Shown: one piece after another, positions 56,995 to 64,000 of the stretch
Layout: each line of letters begins with the position of its first letter
Numbering within the stretch: position 1 is the first letter of the stretch
Assembly: GCA_964016885.1 (NCBI GenBank)
Contig: OZ024756.1
Coordinates: 26,536,001-26,600,000 of the forward strand
DNA from: Eledone cirrhosa
Taxonomy: Eukaryota
Length of the DNA stretch: 64,000 nucleotides
Direction: 5' to 3'
Made by a program: the position numbers and the translations under genes
Notes under the pieces: model-generated
Seen by the model: only the letters and a program-made list of their open reading frames with translations
What the model was told of the DNA's origin: nothing
The model's database searches: none

Positions 56995-57082
56995 AATTTT
57001 AAATTCTTTAAATCCCTTTTAGATACTGGATCTAACACCCAAGACACCAGAACCATTGATATTGTAAATACACAAGCCAAAC
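56995..57082 (-). CDS. ZDHHC exon (transmembrane segment)
   Basis: GLACVFTISMVLVSWVLDPVSKRDLKNLK, CAG/GTAAG. Confidence 0.85.
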
Positions 57083-57227
57083 CTGAAGGAAATAAAATGT
57101 ATTTGTTATTTAGAGATACAGCTAAAGTTGGTGGGAAAAAAAATTTATTTGCAGTTAAAATAAAGTCAGTTTAAAATGGATGAGAATTTATATGTTTGAA
57201 GTTTTAAGGTAAACGTGTATGACATAC

Positions 57228-57289
57228 CTGTATAAAATAGAAACTGAAGAAAAAATTTTTGATTATATTCACCAACACAGTTGTTGATC
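57228..57289 (-). CDS. ZDHHC exon
   Basis: INNCVGEYNQKFFLQFLFYT, phases fit. Confidence 0.93.
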
Positions 57290-59077
57290 CTGTTAATGAG
57301 AAGGAATGAAATAAATGATATATATATATATATATATATATTAAAATAACAGATTAAAGTTTAAGCAAAGAATCGCTGCTTATATATATGTATATGTATA
57401 TGTATATATAAACAAAATTAGAATTTGGTTTCTTTCTCTTACATTGCAGGTTACATAAATGTATTTATGAGTTTTATATCGAATAATAATGATAATGTTT
57501 GATTCGTTTGCAGGCAAACAGCCTCATTTCACTATGTTTTTTAGATGACCACTGTCATCCGTTTGTTCTAGCAGTGGCATAGAGAAACAATAAACATGTT
57601 TCTGGGTTATTGCCCTTTGTCAAGACTATGTATCTCTCTCTACCACTCACTTGAACTGCTGAAAATATATATTTTCTAAAGTATGCATCGGTTGATTGGC
57701 CTTATTTACATACCAAGCGATTTTATGGCTGGCTTCGCTGCAAATTAAAAACAAAATTAGAATTGGGTGTCTTGCTCTCAAATAGCAGGTTACATAAATG
57801 TATTTATGAATTTTATATCAAATAATAATAATATTTGTTTCTACTTTTGGCACAAGGCCAACAATTATCCCAGTGTATTACTGGTACTTTATATTATCGA
57901 TCCCGTAAGTTAACCTTGGTGGGATTTGAACTCAGACCGTAAAGGGATGTAATTATGCTGGAAAGCATGGTGTCCGACCCTCTACAGATACTGCCAAATA
58001 ATAATAATATTTGACTTGTGTCTTTTATTAGAAATATGGTAACAAAAGGGTTAGACACCACACCTAATCCTTCTACTCTAGAACTACCTCCTCCCACTGA
58101 CCTTGTTTGCTTTCTATATTTCAACAGCCAACAGAAATTGTTCAAACATCAACCCTACTGTCCAATTTAACTTTAGCCAAGGAAAGGCAAGTAAAAAGCT
58201 ATGGCCAGTGTCTCATTTAACTTTAGCCACTGATAAGAAAGTAAGTAGCTCTGGCTACTGTCCCATTTGACTGTAACTATTGTAATTCCCCGACTGCTGT
58301 TTCTATGGTAACTAGATGAATTAGTTAAAGTACATTCCAAGCTCAGAGCTTAGATTGGTTTTATTGGCATTAAGTGACTGAGGATACAAGAATTTTTCCT
58401 GGAAAGGACACCAGTCTGTCACAAAATTAACACTCAGCGCCAGCTGAGAAGGCAAAAGTTGTTTGAGCTCCGTTGGTTCTGATAATGTGCGTGTTTTAGT
58501 TGTTTTGTTTTGATCAACAGAACAGACTGCTTATGAAATTAAGGTGAAAGTGGCTGAGCATTCTACAGACACGTCTACCCTTAATATAATTCTCAGTGAA
58601 GTTCAGTGTGATAAAGGTGGCCCTTTGAATCACAGGTATAACTCATTTTTTCCAGCTAAGATGACTGGAACAATATGAAATAAAGTGTCTTGCACAAGGA
58701 CACAACATACTGTTGGGAATAGAACAAATCATCATCATCACCCTTTTATGTCCATTCTTCTACGCTAGGATGAGTTAGATGGGTTGTCCTGTTGTGGGCA
58801 ATGCCAGGTCAGGTGACCATGACTTGCTTATACAGAACTGATTTTGACTTGATTTCCACAGCTGGATGCCACTCCTAACACCAACCTCATTTACAGTGAG
58901 TACTGGGTGCTTTTAACTGTGGCGCCTACATGACCACTTTACAATGTGGACTGGGTGCTTTTTGTCATGTCACCTACATGACCACATTACAGCGGGAGGT
59001 GAACTGAACCGTCTAACCATGAGGCTGCATGCCTTCCCAAAAGAAGATAAAAGTAAATAGGATGTAGGTGTACTAAC

Positions 59078-59187
59078 CAAGGACAGTGGTGATCCATCCG
59101 TCGTATACAGCGTTGACACACCCTACAGTGATGGGCCCGGGGTGGACGGTAGGTTTCACACTTCATGCACACTGTCCAACCATTGTT
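59078..59187 (-). CDS. ZDHHC3/7-like palmitoyltransferase, DHHC exon
   Basis: [37 protein letters not shown]. Confidence 0.95.
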
Positions 59188-59550
59188 CTAGAAGAATAAG
59201 CCAAAGAAAGAAAAAGAAAAAAAAAGAAGAAAAAGAAGAAAAAGATGAAAAAGACGAAGATAAAGATGATGGGTTGGAAAGTAACTAAAGTTTCTGGATT
59301 ATATAAAAAATATTTCACACATCATCAATTCAAAGCATTGAAATATGTTAAAACATTAAAATGTCCATTTTTATATAACATTTATTTCAACACAGACACA
59401 TTAGTAATAATAATAATTCTTTCTGTTATTGAGAAAAGGCCAGCAAAATTCAGGGGGAAGGGCAAAGTTGATTGAATCAACCTCAGTGCTTGATTGCTAT
59501 TTTATATTATTGACTCCAGAAGAATAAAAGGTAAAGTTGACCGTGGCAGG

Positions 59551-59602
<52 letters not shown>

Positions 59603-59676
59603 TAATAATGATGATTTCATTTAATTTATTGGCCACAAGGGCCGACATGTAGAGGTCAATACAAAGGACAATAATG

Positions 59677-59709
<33 letters not shown>

Positions 59710-60059
59710 TTTTCTTTATTAACCACAAGGGTTGACATAAAGTATAACATTAAGGAGAGCACAGGACAATACAGGACGATACAAATGGGCATTTCTGTGT
59801 GTAAAAAAAAAAAAATCAAAAAAAATCATAACAATAATAATTACAATAATAATATAATAATGATAATAGCAATAACAACAATAACAAAAAAGAAAAAAAA
59901 AACAACAACCAAGTAAAATGCAGGCAGCACCTAAAAATCTTGAAAAATTTTATGTGTTTCACTGATAACTTAAAACATCAATTGAGAGATTGTTTTTCAA
60001 GCTAAAATGTCTCTAAAATTGAATTGTCAAAACTTGACAATAATATACAGACATACATA

Positions 60060-60894
60060 CAAGGTGTGTCAGAAAAGAAACAGGTCTTTTCAAATCCAAA
60101 TTACAAACTACAAGTTTTCCCCTTTGAAATAATATCCCTCAAGTTTAATGCACTATCTCATCCTTCTTTGCCATGCCACCATACACTTGTGGAATGATTC
60201 TCTGCAGCTCCGTCATCACAGCTCTCTTGATGGCTTCCATGTCCAGAAAACAGGTCCTCATGATTTATCACCATTGATGACTTTCCCCCAGCAAATCTGG
60301 TTCAGTTTCAAGACATTTGAGGATATCCTGACACACCTGTATGTGCCGCTCCTTCTGGTCATCGTTCGGCAGCTTCACGCAAATCTTCCACGTGCTCATA
60401 TCTTTGGTGATAATCTTCCAAATGTTGTCATGGTTCATGCCCAGCTCACTTGTGATCAGTTGAACAGTCAGCCGACGATAACCATGCACCACCTGCCTCA
60501 CACACTCAATGTTGGTCTCAGTCCTGCTCGTTGAAAGCCTTCCGCTCCTAGGGTTGTCTTCTTTGTCTTCACATCCCTCTTTGAACCTTATGAGCCAGTT
60601 GAAAACCTATGAGTATGACATCATCTCATATTCCAAGTGCTTCTGTGGACGTTTTCCCCAGTTGGACCATAAATTTCAGGCTGGTTCATTGCTCTGTGCC
60701 CATCGTTCTCTGGCCTAAAATTGAGGACCTGTTAACAAAAGCACATGAAAAAACATACAACCGCTGCAGAGAGCTGAGATCGCAGTTATATACTCCCTGG
60801 ACATTATATAACATGGTGATGCAACCTGTTAATCCCTACCCCACTTATAGCTCACACAGCACACTAAGTCTTGTTACTTTTCTGACACACCTCA
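60060..60894 (-). mobile_element. Internally deleted mariner transposon
   Basis: TIRs AGGTGTGTCAGAAAAG / CTTTTCTGACACACCT; remnants RFKEG.ED.PRSGR and RRLTVQLITSELG. Confidence 0.85.
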
Positions 60895-62339
60895 CACATA
60901 CACACATACATACATAAGATACATGTATGTATGTATTTATTTTAAAAAAACAAAAAACTTACCAATTTTAGCAATTCTGCAAATTTTCTGAAACTTAGAT
61001 TAAGATAGATTAACACAGAATCTGGAATTTGGTCCCCTAAAGATTGTGTTAACCCTTTCTATAGCAGCCCACATGAGTCTGCACCCTGATACTGATACAA
61101 AACTGTCCATTTTAAAGTGGTTTATTTCACAAATGTTTTTGTTTAAACTTTGAACTTGGAACAGTAAATACAACAAGAGGAAGTCACCTTCGGTAAACAC
61201 TCCAGGGAGTATTCATAGAAGTTATTACTGCAGTTGAAGTGTTCTCAGATTCAAAGTAGGACAGTTACTATGGTATCTTGCCAATTAATCTATTGATTAA
61301 CTCTAATTACTGTTTAGAAAATAGCGTGGAACATGCTAGATCAATAGAAGGTGAACATCCTCAGGTGAGGAAGATCCTCACAAGTTGTGTTGGCTGTAGA
61401 AAGATGTGAGAAAGGTTTTTATGTGGATGCCTGACTTGTTAGAAATAGCAGTCAAATATTGCCCTCTAATTATAATTTATTATTTCGAATAGAATACACT
61501 GGATAATGTGATCTTAGAAAGATCATATCTAAAAAACAAAAGGGAAGAGGGTCTCAGGCAGAATGTCTTTTGATCATAGGACTACTGATGGATTAGGGAT
61601 GACCTGGGGCTAAACAACAACATCATAGCAAACACACACACACACACACATGTAAAGGTAGGTTGGTAGGGAAAAGAAGAGGAGAGAAAACTGCAGAAAA
61701 TTCAGTCAACCTTAAAATAATAATAATGATTTCTTTATTCAAACTATAATACTGCTCACACCGAAGGCACACAGAGCTGTGCTTGGTAATGCTGTGATAA
61801 AACAATAAAAATATGGCTAACAACAATAAGAATAATATCCATATTTTATGTTAAAAAATGTATGATACTAAACAACTTTATCTGAAATAAGATGGATAAA
61901 ATAGCTGTTATATAAACATCAATCACATTACAACAACAACATCATTAATAATAATAACAATAATAACGATGATTTCATTTATTGACCACAAGGGCTGACA
62001 TATAGGGGACAATACAAAGACAGGGACAGTAGGGGTTTACAATAAAATTGAGTGAAAATACATATTAGTAAAACTAATTTAATAATGAAAATAAAAAAAC
62101 AATAATAATAATATGCATCCTGTATCAGATATTAATGAATTACAATAATAACAGAATATTTAATTACAAAAATAGCATGAAAATTAATATATGGAATGTT
62201 TGTTTCAAGACACTATATTTGAAGAAATTTTTATGAACATAAATAGGATACGGCTTAGCAGAAGACAGACGTTTTATGCATGAGTGGCACACTTGCTAAT
62301 TAATATATACATAGAGAGATGCCGGATGAAATGGCTGAC

Positions 62340-63391
62340 TTATTATCAATTGAAATAATTGTTTCTACTTTTGGCACAAGGCCAGCAATTACCCAGTGCA
62401 TTACTGGTACTTTATTTTATCGACCCCGTAAGGATGAAAGGCAAAGTTAACCTCGGTGGGATTTAAACTCAGACCGCAAAGGGACGTAACTATGCTGGAA
62501 AGCATGGCGTCCGACCCTCTACCGATACTGCCAAGCCACCACCCTTTATTATCAATTGAAGTAATTGTTTCTACTTTTGGCACAAGGCCAGCAATTACCC
62601 AGTGCATTACTGGTACTTTATTTTATCCACCCCGTAAGGATGAAAGGCAAAGTTAACCTCGGTGGGATTTGAACTCAGACCGCAAAGGGACGTAACTATG
62701 CTGGAAAGCATGGCGTCCGACCCTCTACCGATACTGCCAAGCCACCACCCTTTATTATCAATTGAAGTAATTGTTTCTACTTTTGGCACAAGGCCAGCAA
62801 TTACCCAGTGCATTACTGGTACTTTATTTTATCCACCCCGTAAGGATGAAAGGCAAAGTTAACCTCGGTGGGATTTAAACTCAGACCGCAAAGGGACGTA
62901 ACTATGCTGGAAAGCATGGCGTCCGACCCTCTACCGATACTGCCAAGCCACCACCCTTTATTATCAATTGAAGTAATTGTTTCTACTTTTGGCACAAGGC
63001 CAGCAATTACCCAGTGCATTACTGGTACTTTATTTTATCCACCCCGTAAGGATGAAAGGCAAAGTTAACCTCGGTGGGATTTAAACTCAGACCGCAAAGG
63101 GACGTAACTATGCTGGAAAGCATGGCGTCCGACCCTCTACCGATACTGCCAAGCCACCACCCTTTATTATCAATTGAAGTAATTGTTTCTACTTTTGGCA
63201 CAAGGCCAGCAATTACCCAGTGCATTACTGGTACTTTATTTTATCCACCCCGTAAGGATGAAAGGCAAAGTTAACCTCGGCGGGATTTGAACTCAGAATG
63301 GCAAGGGCCGTAACTCTATGCATCAAAGCATGGCGTCCGACTCTCTACCGATACTGCCAAGCCACCACCCTTTATTATCAATTGAAATAAT
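62340..63391 (-). repeat. Tandem array of five 206-bp SINE units
   Basis: 206-bp period; TTATTATCAATTGAA(A/G)TAAT between units and at both ends. Confidence 0.9.
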
Positions 63392-63452
63392 GCAATCCAA
63401 CTCCAGCCATGAAACCTAAGGTAGCGTTATAATGTTTTAAGTGTATGAATCA

Positions 63453-63488
<36 letters not shown>

Positions 63489-64000
63489 ATGCATGTCTAT
63501 ACAAACTCTTACTAGCATGAAGAATATGAAGAAAGCAGAGATGGGAGATGAAAATAAAGTTTGTTTGCTGTCCAAAGCAACATCACTTCAAAATATGACA
63601 GAAGCACCAAACACAACCAACTCTGGGGGGCTAATACACATATGCAGACAAACAAACAATTATATATAAAGACAGACATACATACACATGTATATGTATA
63701 TATTACTTTGTAAATGAGACTATACATATATTGTAGGAGAAGAAGAAAATCCTTGGTAGAGTAAAATATATTTGAAAAATGATAAAAATTACTTTTGTTA
63801 TGGTTGTTATTCTTTAATGATCAAACATTGTAAGAATAAAAACCATGAGAAAAGTCAGTATTATCATTGGAGTTGCGACCGATAGATAGTATTAGCAATT
63901 GGAAAGACCAACGGAAACATTGTTCCCTCGGTCCGATTTGCCGAAAGTCGATCGTTCCTATATATATATATATATATATATACAAAATATAAAACAATCA

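Noticed and set aside
62252-62297. Possible extra ZDHHC exon (QVCHSCIKRLSSAK)
   Set aside because: 44 nt, phase does not match the next exon, weak splice sites

Overview
AT-rich, microsatellite-dense animal genomic DNA; the repeat content suggests an octopus or other coleoid cephalopod (inference). Two minus-strand spliced genes were reconstructed with consistent GT-AG phases: an SLC5 sodium:solute symporter of the SMCT/SMVT/NIS type (14 coding exons, 32783->5314, terminal exon not found) and the 3' part of a ZDHHC3/7-like palmitoyltransferase (6 exons, 59187->53397). Introns and intergenic DNA hold tRNA-derived SINEs, RTE and CR1/L2 LINE fragments, TTAA-MITEs, a mariner, a pogo-like MITE, a Helitron and several satellites. 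The most striking signal is a set of short elements next to or within (TA)n tracts that carry type I hammerhead ribozyme folds (at least 6 loci with canonical cores, plus variant-core and half copies from several families). Many of them are folded back into long palindromes, and a Penelope-like RT fragment is also present. Intact solo ribozymes are all antisense to the host gene. Almost all long ORFs in the ORF track are repeat artefacts.
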